Source of the DNA: Mobula hypostoma
Lineage: Eukaryota
Assembly (NCBI RefSeq): GCF_963921235.1
Contig: NC_086097.1
Location: forward strand, 36,830,001-36,894,000
Length of the DNA stretch: 64,000 nucleotides
Direction of reading: 5' to 3'
Part shown: piece after piece, positions 25,400 through 39,372 of the stretch
Position numbering within the stretch: position 1 is the first letter of the stretch
How the letters are laid out: each line of letters opens with the position of its first letter
Program-made: the position numbers and the translations under genes
Notes under the pieces: generated by a model
What the model was told of the DNA's origin: nothing
Databases searched by the model: none
What the model saw: only the letters and a program-made list of their open reading frames with translations

Positions 25400-28300
25400 T
25401 GACAACAAGGCTTCATTCCAAAATGACCACAATGCCTTCTATGTTCACTTTGACGGACATAACATGGAGGAACCTTCACAAACACCCACAGCCCCCGATG
25501 ACCCTGTGACTTCAGTCTCTGAGGCCGACCTGAGAATATCCTTCAGGAGGGTGAACACATCGAAAGCACCTGGCCCAGATGGGATACCTAGCCAAGTACT
25601 AAAGACCAGTACTGATCAACCAGCTTGCATGTTCACCGATATACCCATATAACTACATAACCATATGATGTCTTGCATCGGCAGTCTGAGGTACCCACCT
25701 GCTTCAAGCAGGCTAAGAAGAACACGGTAACCTGCCACAATATCTATCATCCAGTAGCACTTCTGTCCACCGTGATGAAGTGTTTTGAGAGTTTGGTGAT
25801 GAAACCCATCAACTCCTGCCTGAGAAGCAGCTTGAATCAGCTCCAATTTGCCTACCGTTACAACAGGTCCACAGCAACTGCCATATCATTGGCTCTTCAA
25901 TCAACCCTGGAACATCCGGACAGCAAAGATGCATACATCGGGATGTTCTTTGTTGCTGACTATGGTTCAGCATTCAATATTATCATCCCCTCAAAACTAA
26001 TCAATAAGCTTCATGACCTTGGCCTCAAGACCTCCTTGTGCAATTGGATCCTGGATTGCCTCACTTTAAGTATGACCATAAGACATAGGAGCAGAATTAG
26101 CCCATTTGGCCCATTAAGTCTGTTCTGCCAACCATCATGGCTGATCCTTTTCTTCCCCTCCTCAGCCCCACTCCCCAGCCTTCTCCCCATAACCGTTGAT
26201 GCCATGTCCAATCAAAAATCTATCAAGCTCTGTCTCAAATACACCCAATGACCTGGCCTCCATGGCTGCCTGTGGTAATAGATTCCATAAATTCACCACC
26301 ATCTGGCTAAAGAAATTTCTCTGCATCTCTGTTTTAAATGGACGCCCCTCTGTCTTGAGGCTGTGTCTTCTAGTCCTAGACTCTCCCACCATGGAAAACA
26401 TCCTTTCCACATCTACTCTGTCTAGGCCTTTCAACATTCAAAAGGTTTCGATGAGATCCCCCCGCTCATCCTTCTGAATTCCAGCAAGTACAGACCCAGA
26501 GCTATCAAACATTCCTCATATGATAACCCTTTCATATCCGGAATCTTCCTTGTGAACCTCCTCTGAACCCTCTCCAATGCCAGCACATCTTTTCTAAGAT
26601 GAGGAGCCCAAAACTGTTCACAATACTTAAGGAGAAGCCTCACCAGTGCTTTATAAAGCCTCAGCATCACATCCCTGCTCTTGTATTCTAGACCTCTTGA
26701 AATGAGTGCTAACATTGCATTTGCCTTCCTCACCACCAACTCTATCTGCAAGTTAAACTTTAAGGTGTTTTGCATAAGGACTCCCAAGTTCCTTTGCATC
26801 TCAATTTTTTGGATTTTCTCCCCTTTTAGAAAATAGTCTGCACATTTATTTCTACTACAAAAATTCATGACCATTCATTTTCCAACATTGTATTTTATTT
26901 GCCATTTTCTTGCCCGTTCTCCGAATCTGTCTGCAGTCTACCTGTTTCCTCAACACTACCTGCCCCTCCACAAATCTTCGTAACATCTGGAAAACTGGCA
27001 ACAAAGCCATCTATTCAATGATCAAAATTATTGATATACAGCATGAAAAGAAGTGGTCCCAACACCGAGCCTGAAGAATACCACTACTTACTGGCAGCCA
27101 ACCAGAAAGGGATCCTTTTATTCCCATTCACTACCTCCTACCAATCAGCCAAGGCTCTAACCATGCCAGTAACTTTCCTGTAATACCATGGGCTCTTAAC
27201 TTGGTAAGCAGCCTAATGTGTGGCACCTTGTCAAAGGCCTTCTGAAAGTCCAAATATACAATATCCACTGCATCCCCTTTATCTATCCTACATGTAATCT
27301 TCTCAAAGAATTCCAACAGGTTCATCAGGCAAGATTTTCCCTTAAGGAAACCATGCTAACTTTGTCCTATCTTGTTCTGTGTCACCAAGTATTCCATAAT
27401 CTCATTGTTAACAATTGACTCCAACGTCTTCCCAACCAATGAGGTTAGGCTGACAGGTCTATAATTTCCTTTCTGCTGTCTTTCTCCTTGCTTAAAGAGT
27501 GGAATGACATCTGCAATTTTCCAGTCCTCTAGCACCATCCCAGAGTCCAATGATTTTTGAAGATCATTACTACCAGTACCTCTCTCAGAACCCTACGATG
27601 CAGTTCATCTGATCCAGGTGACTCTCGTACCTTCAGGTCTTTCAGCTTTTTCAGCATCTTCTCCCTTGTAATAGAAACTACACTCACACCCTTCAACATC
27701 TGGCACACTGCTGGTGTCTTCCACAGTGAAGACTAATGCAAAATACTCATTTAGTTCATCTGCCATTTCTTTGGCCCCATTACTATTTCTCCAGCCTCAT
27801 TTTCTAGCAGTCCTATATCCACTCTTATCTCTTTTATTTTTTACATACTTGAAAAAGCTTTTACTATCCACTTTGATATTGTTTGCTTGCTTGCTTTCGT
27901 ATTTCATCTTTTCCCTCCTAATGATTCTTTTAGTTTCACTCTCTAGGTTTTTAAAAGCTCCCCAATGCTCTATCTTCCCTCTATTTTTTGCCCTCTCTTT
28001 TGTTTTTACATTAGCTTTGACTTCCCTTGTGAGCCACCGTTGTACTATTTTGCCATTTGAGTATTTCTTTGTTTTTGGAACACATCTATCCTTCACCTTC
28101 CTCATTTTCCCCATAAACTCATGCCATTTCTACTCTGCTGTCATCCCTGCCAGCACCTCCTTCCAATTTATTTTGGCCAACTCCTCTCTCGTACCACTGC
28201 AATTTCCTTCACTCCACTGAAATACTGCTATGTCAGACTTTACTTTCTCCCTATCAAATTTCAAGTTGAACTCAATCATATTGTGATCACTGCCTCCTAA

Positions 28301-29205
28301 GGGTTACTTTACTTTAAGCTCCCTAATCAGCTCCAACCTCAATACCTCCTTGTGCAATTGTATCTTCGATTTCCTCTCTTTCAGACCACAGTCAGTTCGG
28401 ATTGACAACAATATCTCCTCAACAATCAAAATCAGCCCAGGTCCACCACAAGGATGTGTGCTTAGTCCCCTGCTCCACTCACATTACACTTACGACTGTG
28501 AGGCTAAACACAGCTCCAACGCCATATTTACGTTTGCTGACAACACAGTTGTTGTTGGCCAAATCAAAGGTGGTGACAAATCAATGTAAGGGAGGGAGAC
28601 TGAAAATCTGCTGAATGGCGCCACAACAACAACCTCTTACTCAACGTCAGCAATATCAAGGAGCTGATTATTGACTTCAGGAGGAGGAAACTGGAGGTCC
28701 ATGAGCCAGTCCACATCAGGGATCAGAGATGGAGAAGGTCAGCAACTCTAAATTCATCGGAGTTATCATTCCAGAGGACCTGCCCTGGGTCCAGCCCATA
28801 AGTGCAATTACGAAGAGAGCACGGCAATGCCTTGACTTCCACAGAAGTTTGCGAAGATTCGGCAAGGCATCTAAAACTTTGACGAACTTCTACAGATGTG
28901 TGGTGGAGAATATATTGACTGGTTGCATCACAGTATGTAAATGCCAATGCCCTTGAATAAAAAAATTCTATAAAAGGTAGTGGATATGGCCCAGTCCATC
29001 CTGGGTAAAGCCTTCCCCATCATTGAGTACATCTACATGGAGCGCTGTCACATCCACCATCAGGACTTCCCCTCCCCAGGCCATGATCTCTGTTTTTTGT
29101 GCCATCATGACGGTGGTACAGGAGCATTACGACTCTCACCACCAGGTTCAGGAACAGTTATTACCCCTCAACCATCAGACTCCTGAGCCAATTGGGATAA
29201 CTTCA
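25400..29205 (+). mobile_element. Rex1/Babar LINE ORF2 (RT), decayed, split by a CR1 insertion
   Basis: KAPGPDGIP, YHPVALLSTVMKCFE, QFAYRYNRST, DYGSAFN (25464-26067), continuing [37 protein letters not shown] (28382-28950). Confidence 0.93.
26068..28336 (-). mobile_element. 5'-truncated CR1 LINE, frameshifted
   Basis: Minus ORFs NYRPVSLTSLVGK, YLDFQKAFDKVPH, LYKALVR...QFWAP, RNFFSQMVVNLWN; 3' UTR at 26068-26160. Confidence 0.95.
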
Positions 29206-29209
29206 TTAA

Positions 29210-29370
29210 TTTAGATCACTTTGTAGAGATCTATTTTCACTTTGACATGAAAGAGACTTTTTCTGTTGATCAGTGTCTAAAAAGCCAAATGAAATCCACT
29301 GTGACTCAATGTTGTAAAATGATAAAACATGAAAACTTCCGGGGGGGGGGGGGGTTGAATACTTTTTATA
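29210..29370. mobile_element. Tc1-type terminal inverted repeat fragment
   Basis: Ends gggggttgaatactttt, similar to the Tc1 terminus at 15040-15103. Confidence 0.55.
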
Positions 29371-32300
29371 GATCCTGCAGGAACAGAATTAGGCCATTTG
29401 GTCCATTAATTCTGCTCTGCCATTTCATCATGGTTGATCCATTTTCCCTCTTTGCCCCAATCTCCTGCTTTCTTCCCGTATCCTTTCATGCCCTGACCAA
29501 TAAAGAATCTAATTTCCTGAGTATGCCTGCTAGAAAACGAATCTCAAGGTTGTATATTGTGACATAAACGTACTTTGATAATAAATTTACATTGAAATTT
29601 GGAATTGTTTCAATTGTGGAGTCTTGATGATCAAGTTGTTTAAGCGAACTACAGTTCAGTAAGATCCAATTTGTACATGAGCTCAGCCGGCAGAAGCCAG
29701 TTGTTGCCTTGAACTTCTTAAAATATGTGTCTCCTTACTTCACTCCAAGGGCTAGAATATGCAGTGCTCAGGGAGAATTATCCAAAATGATACATTTCTA
29801 AATTTTATTTCCAATTAATAAAAGAATTACAAAATGGAAAGAGCAAATTATTTTGACAGTTAACACCTACCATCGTTTCAAATTAATACACGTACATTGG
29901 AGACTATAAGTCATTTGCAGTCCTCCTAGATAACGGGGCGAGTAAACTGATTGATGTGGCTGTTGTTTAAAGTGGCAGCATCATCATGAACATCACAACT
30001 TCACACTGGTTTTCTGAAATATTCTAAGCATCTCGACCTGAAACGTTGACTGTTTACTCCCTTCCATAGCTGCTGCCTCACTTGCTGAGCTTCCCCTTGA
30101 TTCTGAAATATTCTTTTAAGTGACTATAACATTGAAGGAGTATATACCCAGTCAACCTAATGCACAGCAGAAAGCTTACCTGAAGTCCACATTTCATAAT
30201 TAGGTTGGGTTGGCTTCCTCAGTAAGAACCCTAAGACTACTCGAACAATCACACACAGACAAGGGCTGATTTTAATTCCCGGACAAGAGTGCAGAATAAA
30301 TTCCACTGCTTGTTCAATGAATTTTAGACTGCTATCCCATGTACACAGCAGAGACTAGGTTTTAACTTGTTAGTAAGTATCCTGTCTTCTTATCTGGTAT
30401 AAGATGTGTACCTGGACATTCTGAGGTCAGATCACATGGATTTGCATAATGAACACGTTAACCCCCCCCCCCATTCCCCACCGGCCCATCATGGGAGGTG
30501 GAGAAAGACAGTTACCACCAAGGCCTGTCTCTGTTTCCACCATCCAAACTGTAAGCACCGAGACAAAATGGATGAATGGATATTTTAAATCCAGAACCTT
30601 GTGTAACTGTGTTGATCTATAAAGAATACTTTACAGAGATCAGATACACATTAATGCCAGACTCGCCACCATTGTTATCTCATCCCTTTAACTTTTTAAA
30701 ATATTTTGGAACACATGTCAGATTATTTTAACTATGCAGGTACTTTATTGCTGAACCATAAAGAGGAAGGCAGTTTGATTGCTCCATCACAATCATTAAA
30801 ATAGAAATGAGTCAACTCTGGCCATCCAGCATTGAGCATGTGCTCTGGAAGGTATCAAGCTGTTTCAGGATAACCTGGCTCGTGCCTGTTTCAGTGCATG
30901 TTTCACTCCGTAACCTACTTACGTTGCTGAGGGAGGAAGGACCTCTTTCCGGTGACTTATACCCAGCAGCCGGGACATGGTGTTGGAGAAAGCTGGCTAC
31001 GGACCATTCCCCACACCCCTGGCAGCAGTGTGCTCCTTGCCACCCGTCCATCAGGGAGCCAATTCCGTTTCATCTCCCTATGCTCCGGACGGATGAGGGT
31101 TAAAACTCATCCTGCTCTGGGCCTTCTGTTTACTTCAGCACTATGAAAACACTTTGGTCATATGCCTTCAGTGCCTGCCAGGGAATTCTCACTTGACCTT
31201 TGCAGGAGGAGCACAGCTGTGCCAGTCGGCTAACGAAACAGCAGATGAAAGCAGCAACCACTGAGTAACTAATGAGGGGATCGTTTGCTAGTCTATGCTG
31301 ACATCACAGAAACCAGCATATCGCAGCCACACTTGCCAAGTTCTTCTAATTAGGTTTATACAACTTCTTTAAGCAGCTGATAGGGTTATACCTTCCATCA
31401 CTCCCTGTCACATTCATAAGAACATCAAAGCAGAATTCGTCTTCCAAAGAATTGCAACAGCACTGGCCAGTGAATAAAAGAACCCATTCTGCACTCTAGT
31501 GAAATTCAGTAAAACATTCCTGCAGCACTTACAATGATCCACTATTTTTTATTGTGGAAGGAAGTAACTAATATGCTTTCAAATAAAACACTGCATTTCA
31601 CATTTTAGGAAGTTCCTTTACGCTTCTAATAATAATCTGACTGAAAAAGCAGGGGGCTGGTAAACAGCAGTTTATTTCACTGAATCGTTACTATGTGAAA
31701 CTACCAGGATCTCCATAAAGATAATGCAGCTGCAGTCATGCATGGAAGATCCATGGCAAAGTTGGCCATTAAGCCTTAGGCTGCTCCACAGAGATTCTAC
31801 GAGGTATTCAGATCAGCTTTCAGGAGACCTGAACACACCTGAGTGACCAGGGGGCTTTCGGTGTTTTGATTATTAAAGCACTGCGGACAACTGATTCTAA
31901 AGTGCGTACTTCCATTTATTCTGCTGGGTATGAATTTAAATGATAACTGTCCTTTGGCTGGGAACATGCAAAAAAATACTTAAATCTGCCTTTGGTTGAA
32001 TGCTGACACTACAACAAGTGACGCATAGCTTATATTTGGGTTTGAAGTTTCCAGTGTTCCTTTAGAGGGTTGTCAGTTTTCTTTTTGGGAGTTATTCACT
32101 TTAAAAAAAACTTCAGTGTTTCCTTATTCAAAGACATTGCACAAACAGAACGTCAGATTAGGCATCTAGTAAAGGTGACAGTAATAGTAAAGAAATTGAG
32201 ACCATGTTTATCTTCTTGGTTATAACTTCTCTGTTACAGTTTGAGATCGTTCTTAGGGTGAATATTTCATTAGCTTCCTGTTTGGGAATTGTAAATTGGC

Positions 32301-32409
32301 ATTTTTAGCACACTCAGATTACAAATTTTTACTTTGGGTAGTTTATCAGCTGCCAGTTTCAAGTCCAAAACCAGATGGAATTGAAATACGTTGCAATATT
32401 TATTTACTT

Positions 32410-33110
32410 ACTTAGAGATACAGACCCTTCCGGCCCAACGAGCCGCACCGTCCAGCGACCCACCCAGTTCGTCGTCGTCGTGGTTATCCCTCGAGGTCGA
32501 GGATGATGGTCTTTGTTCTGAAGAAGTGGCCCACAAAGTGACGACGCCTGTGCATGTATTTGTTTAACGTGCACTCCAAAAAGCACACGATACTTCACAG
32601 ATCAACCAACTGATTCCAATGGCATGGAAACCATGACGATTGGAGCTGATGGATTTGTTGCAGTCTTCATCCACCTTCACAGCCATTGAGTTCAAAGTAA
32701 CTTCATCCGCCTGTTCCACCATTGAGGTCTTGGTTGGATTGTTCTTTGTCAGGGACCTCACCCTCGACCTTACCGCCATGGGTGACCCTACCAGGAGCAT
32801 AGCTCCAGACGGCATTGCTCTCGGGATCACAGGACCACACAAGCTTCTCCACCACGACAAGGTGACAATCCACGGAGAAGAGCCCACCCAGTTAAAGCTA
32901 GCCTAATCCCAGGACAATTTTACAATGGCCAATTAACCCACTAACTGGTACATCTTTGCACTGTGGGAGGAAACTGAAGCACCCGAAAGAAACCCATGTG
33001 GTCACAGGGAAAACGTAGAAACTCCAGACAGGCGGCACAGGAATTGAACTCTGAACTCCGATGCCCGAGCTGTAAAGTGTTGCACTAGCTGCTACGCTAC
33101 CCTGGTGCCC
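32410..33110 (-). mobile_element. V-SINE split by an RTE-derived insertion
   Basis: Minus strand: head ggtagcgtagcagctag, B-box gagttcaattc, V-domain gggtttctttcgggtgcttcagtttcctcccaca, tail gggccggaagggtctgt. Confidence 0.75.
32470..32882 (-). mobile_element. RTE (Rex3/Expander/BovB-like 5' UTR) non-autonomous element (family C)
   Basis: 11-bp TSD cccacccagtt (32459-32469/32883-32893); minus 5' end cttgtcgtggtggagaagcttgtgtgg...ggtagggtcacccatggc; (GAC)n tail. Confidence 0.8.
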
Positions 33111-33962
33111 TATGTTAATTTCAGTTTACCAAATAACATTTTGTTAAATGACACAGTACTTTATTTCACTTTCCATTGAGTTCCATTAATCAAGGTGACC
33201 AAAGGAAACCTTCTGATCTGAAATATATGGGACCGCCCCCCCCATGATAATTCATATGGTTACGCAGGTGAATGGGTTATGATTACATCTGCAGTGGTGG
33301 GTGCTAGCAGAAGATGGCAGCAGCAGGAAGGAGAAGGAAACAGTCCTATGCAAGGTCTTAAAAGAGCAAGGGGAGCAAATGGGTATTGTGGAAATGGTGC
33401 ATCTGTGGATTTGATTAGGAACGGTAAATTCATGTGAAAATAGAAGTAAGAGAAAGTGTATTGACTCATTACCACACTACCACAGACATCAATACTATTC
33501 TGCAATCTTTTACTGATGCTGACTTCTCATCCTCTCCTGCAGCCGAGACTGGCAGCTTATATACTAAGTCCATCACCCAATATACGTAGCCTATTATGAG
33601 AAGTACAAGCCAACCATAAAGTCCCCATTTTAAATGATTGGAATCTCACTGACAAAGGATAAACTGTACTTCAGCATGTATATGTGGAATTCCACTCATA
33701 TTTAACCAACACTAGACCAACTGTTACCCTGAAGGAATACTGTGTACTCAGAAGAATCCTGCTTTAAAAAGCTTCATTTAGGAAAGGCTACATTAATATT
33801 GCAGACATTATTCCCAGCAACACAAGGGTGATATTTATAATACTGGTGGCTGGATTTAGGATAGTTAAGATGTTGCAGCTGCATATGTTGGGATGTAGGA
33901 TCAAACCTCTGAATAGACTCCTTCAATCGGTGACTTACAGACACAGGGTGAATTGAGTCTTA

Positions 33963-34803
33963 GGAGACTGCAGATGCTGGAATTTGGATCAATGCGCTAG
34001 ATGTCAGAGGAACTCAGCCGGTCAGGCGGCATCTATGGGGAGAAATGGCCAGTTGACACCTTGGATTGAGAGCTTTCGTCTGGACTGAAAGGTGGCGATC
34101 TGGATATCCACTTTAGTGAGGTGGGGTGGAGCAAGAGTTGGCAGGCAATAGAAGGATCCAGGTAAGAGGAAGTGATGGCTAGATGAGGGAGGGGGAGTAG
34201 GAATGGTGTCAGAAGTCGGAAAGTGATATGTGGGAGTGACTAAGGGCTGAAGACGTTGGAATCTGATAGAAGAGGAAGATAGAGCATGGTATTAAAGGAA
34301 GGAGGTGGGGACAGCAGAGGGGAGGAGAACTGGTGGGGGGGGGGAGCTTGTCCATGATAGACAGATGGAGACTGTGGGGAGTTGAAATAAGTATGGTGAT
34401 GGAGGCAAGGTATGTCAGCAAAAGAGAAAGAAGAAATGTTGAGGAAATACAAATTAGTGGAATGATCCATCATTCATTGACTGGGTAGTTTACAACCTGA
34501 TATCATGAATATTGAATTTCCCACCTTCTGCTAACTGCTCCCTCTCCTGAACCACCTGACCCCTTAACACCATGACTCATTCCCTTCCTCCATCCTCTCC
34601 ATCAGATTCCATCACCTTCAGCCCTTTGTCACTTCCCAGCTTCTGATGCCACTCCTGCTCTCCCCTCTGTATATCACCTCTGCTCACCTGGATCCACCTA
34701 TCACCTACCTGTTCTCTTGGTCCACCTCTTCCTTCCATCTTTCAGTACAGATGAAGGGCCTTGATCCAAAATGTTGGCTAGCTACTTCTTTCCATTGATG
34801 CAG
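33963..34803. mobile_element. Penelope-like terminal region in inverted arrangement
   Basis: Minus-oriented terminus at about 33963-34470 joined to a plus-oriented GIY-YIG C-terminus (LGSLQPDIMNIEF) and terminus; degenerate hammerheads at about 34051-34086 (-) and 34744-34780 (+). Confidence 0.7.
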
Positions 34804-36099
34804 AAGGTGAAATGAGTCAGGATAGAATATGAACAGGTAATGTTAACTGTGAACAGGGGCAGAAGGTTCAAATGCCAATGAGAAGGATGTTGGAGTGGTT
34901 GGATGTCGCGGGTATGATTAAGAGTTTGAGCAGCGGACATGCTGACATGGATATGAAAAATTTGTGGTCAAAGTTCAGACCATTAGTAGGTTGCTGAAGT
35001 GGTAACAGGTCTGGTCTGTCCAAGGTAACGGACAAAAAGACAAAGCAGGACGTTCAGCATTTTGCTAATGTTTGTGCTATGCAAATCTTGACCGTGGGGG
35101 TCAGAATATGAGCTTTGTTTGAGGAATAGTGGAAAAATATACTGCTTACATTTCTGCACCCAAGACAAGAGTTAACGTGGTGAAAATGGGACGAGGCTAC
35201 AATACACAAGACTTGTGATGCAGTGAGAAGCTGAATGATTCTCTGCATCAGAGAACCCATAAGTAAGCACAGTAAGATTTCCACTTATTATTATTTCTTC
35301 CAGTTACCAATGGAGTTTCAAAAGTGGCACCAATACATTTTTTTCTGGATAGACTTGACATTTTCTTCTGATATTCACTGATTAGACTGGCAAAAAAAAG
35401 CATCTTACTACATACCTGGTTGGTTTCTCATCTCAGGTGTTGTTGGGAAATTCACTCAAATTACCATTCACGACAAATGGACAGGCTTAATCTCCAAACC
35501 AAACTGTCTAGGATATGAGGTGTTCTATCTGACCTCTTTGGAATACATGTTCGTTCACTGGGATTACATCTTCTCAGCTGGGAGACATTCTTTGACTAAG
35601 ATCCATTCCTCAATGTCCATCAGTGGTTTGTCAGTCAACAGGCAGCTACTGAAGGTTAGCCTGATTCAAAAGTTCTGCGGTCAAGGGTGGGAGATGCCTC
35701 AGTCTCTGATCCTCTGAATTTCCACTGACAATAGCTGGCAATTGGACAATTTATCTGTGCGGGCTTAAACATCCACAGGGTTCAAAGAAATTTTGCTGCA
35801 AGTCAACCATGAAACGCAATTCTGTAACATAAGATCACATATCCAGCACCTTCTTGAATCCATTAGACAAAATTTCTTCCATTACTCTAAGCTTCAGTTC
35901 ACCAAATGAGTGAATTGGAGTATGGGGCTATGTTTCTGAATTCCACAGCAGGATCACTGACTACACCCTTCTGCACTTCAGTCCAATCTATCATCAACAG
36001 TTCCTTGACATGGCGCAATGTTTTATGGTCAGTATTTTCCTTATTACTGAACTGAACTGATTACTCAACACTCAACACTGAACTGATAATTGAGCACAA

Positions 36100-36333
36100 C
36101 TTAACAACTCACATTCAAGGACTCTACAACTCATGTTCTCAGGACTATTTATTTATTTATCCACCTATCTATATTTTTGTATTTGCACAGTTTGTCAGTC
36201 TTTGTGTGTAGTTTTCACTGATTCTATTGTACTATACTTCCTTACTCTACTGCTGATACCTACAAGAAAATGAATCTCAGGGTAATATTCGGTGACATAT
36301 ATGTACTTTGAAATTAACTTTACTTTGAACTTT
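36100..36333 (+). mobile_element. Rex1-type 3' UTR
   Basis: Same 3' UTR as 18700-18942, ending tttactttgaacttt. Confidence 0.8.
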
Positions 36334-37607
36334 ATTATGGTTAGGCACCTTGCCCCTAACTATTCATGCATGAGGGCATTAGACCATTCAGACGTAACAG
36401 CTGACCTCTACCACTGCCAACATCTTTCTCATACTTAAAAAAAACATTGGCTGAGTACCTGGCTGCATTTGCTTTTTACAAAGTTGCTGCTAAATTCAGC
36501 ATTTTTCCCAATTATCTCCCACTCATCATGGTGTTTTTTCCTGTATTTCATTCCTCCAAATGAGAAGAGTCAGTAGATGGCCACAGATACGCAGTTGCAA
36601 GGTATATATATCACTGTTGCTGCATGATTACACTTTATTGCAGAAAGACAACAAGAAAAATGCTAATAAATCTGGCCAAATACTTAATGTCAATTAAATT
36701 GAAGAGAAAAAGGAAATCCTTTACTTCCAATGGGAATGAAACCTTCTCCAATAGCCAATAGTCTGGGCAAATTCACAAGGAGAGTGCAGTGCGGACTTTG
36801 TATCAAAAGTGGAGTGACTTTCTAGTCCCAGACAGTTCTGATAACCAAAGGGGGCAATGTAATTGTCAAATTGAAACTCAATTCTAGTTAATTCAACCAC
36901 TTTTCCTTTCTGTGCCACTCAGAGTACAGACATCCGGAGCTCATTAAAGTAGACTGCAGTCAACATCAATTTAGTCTTAAAATGGAATTTGGTAGTTTAC
37001 TCACGAACAGTGTCCTTTACCAAGCACTCTTAACTGTGTGCAGAAGACATCCAAGCTGTAACACTGAACACTGCACTCAAGGAGGGGGACAAGTTTCCCT
37101 CTTGGAGGGCACTTTGATTGCACTGCAAATAACCTACATGAAGCCTGCAATTATTCACACTGAAAATTTTCCACAGAATCTTAGCTAATAAAAAACTGAT
37201 AACAAGTGAATCATTGTATGCAAAGCGAATCAAACGCATCTAATGTTGTATATGACTAACTCAGACATATGAAATATGGAAGTTCTTTGATACATCTTCA
37301 ATATTTGAAACACTTTCTTGCATAGCTTCCTTCCTCAAATGGGATAATTTCTCCAATACAATGCAGAGGGAGTTCTTTTTTATCTTAAAGTCATACTTAG
37401 TAATTGAATCAAGTTTCAGATGGGAACAATTAGTTCAATTAGTGTGTTAGCAGCAACATAATGTCCTATACAAGTATTTAAGCAAATCTCCTCAGAGAGT
37501 CACAGAATATTACAGCACAGACACAGGCCCTTTGGCCCATCTAGTCCATGCCAAACCATTAATCTGCCTAGTCCTATCGGCCTGCATCCAGACCATAACC
37601 CTCCCAT

Positions 37608-37987
37608 GTTGGTTCATTCATTATGTGCCATGTCATGTGACATAGGTGATCATGATGTTTCCATGATTACAATAGTTCTCAACAAATTTTTCAACACAAC
37701 TGGTTTGCCATTGCCTTTTTCTGGGCAGTATCTTTACAAGACAGGTGACTCCAGCGATTATCAATACTTTTCAGAGATTGTCTGCCTGGCATCAGTGGTC
37801 ACATAACCAGGATTTGTAATATGCACCCTCTGCTCATATGATGATCCACCACTTGCTCTCCTGGCTTCATGACACCCTGATCGGGGGGCTCAGCAGGTGC
37901 TACACTTTGCCCAAGGGTGACCTGCAGGCTGGTAGAGGGAAGAAGCGCCTTACACCTTCCGGAGAGACGCATCTCCACCACACCACA
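37608..37987 (-). mobile_element. RTE-mobilised short element with Bov-A-like segment (family D)
   Basis: TSD ctcccat (37601-37607/37988-37994); minus-strand aaggcaatggcaaacca resembles the BovB/Bov-A motif; homologous to 47937-48305. Confidence 0.75.
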
Positions 37988-39372
37988 CTCCCATCCATGT
38001 ACCTATCCAAGTTACTCTTAAATGTTGAAATCAAACTCACATCCACCACTTGCGCTGGCAGCTTGTTCCACTCTCACTACTCTCTACGTGAAGAAGCTTC
38101 CCCTCATGTTCCCCTTAAACATTTCACCTTTCACTTTAATCCATGACCTCTAGTTGTAGTCTCAGCCAACCTCAGTGGAAAAAGCCTGCTTGCATTTACC
38201 CTAGCCCTCATAATTTTGTACACCTCTATCAAATCTTTCCTCGGTCTTGGTCCTCCAAAAATGCAACACTTCACACTTGTCTGCATTAAATTTCATCTGC
38301 CACTTTCAGCCCATTTTTCCAGCTGGTCTAGATCCTGCTTCAAGCATTGATAGTTTTCCTCACTGTCCACTACACCCCCAGTCTTGGTGTCATCAGCAAG
38401 TTTGTTGATCCAGTTTGCCATATTATCATCCAGATCATAGATATAGATGACAAACAACAATGGCACTCCACTGGTCACAGGCCCCCAGTCAGAAAGGCAA
38501 TCATCTACGTCTACTCCTAATCCAATGTTCTATCTCATCTTGGATGCCAAGCAACTGACCCATCTTGACCAACCACCCATGCAGAACCTTGTCAAGGATC
38601 TTGCTAGGGTTGAGATAGATGATATCCACTGCCTTGCCTTCATCAACATTCCAGGTAACTTCCTCGAAAGTATCTATAAGATTGGTTAGACGTAATTTAC
38701 CACGCACAAAGCCATGTTGACTATCCCTAATTAGTCCTTGTCTATCCAAATAATATATCCAGTCCCTAATAATACCTTCAAACACTTCCCCACCACTGAA
38801 GTCAGGCTCACAGGCCTATAATTTCCTGGCTTATTCTTACTGCCTTTCCTAAACAACAGAACAACATTAACTATCCTCCAATCCCCCATCAACCCCCTGT
38901 GGCTAAGGATGTTTTAAACATCTCTGCTAGGGCCCCTGCATTTTTGGCTAGCCTCCCACAGGGTCAGAGAGAACACTTTGTCAGGAATGAGTATTTATCC
39001 ACCCTAATTTGCCTCAAGACAGCAAACACATCCTCCTCTGCCATCTCTATGGGGTCCATAACCTTGCTGCTGCTTTGTCTCACTTCGACAGACTCAGTGT
39101 TCATCCCCTGAGTAAATACAGATGCAAAAAATGCATTTAAGATCTCCCCCATGTCTTTCACCTCCACACATAGTTTACCATTCTGATCTTCCAGAGGACC
39201 AATTTTGTCCCTTGCTATTCTTTAGCTCTTAATATATTGGTAGAAGCCCTTAGGATTCAACTTCAGCTTGTATGCTACAGAAACCTCTTACTGTCTTTAG
39301 CCCTCCTGATGTTCTTCTTAAGTGTCCTTTTGCAATTCTTATACTCAAATACTCAAATGACCTACCAACCTA

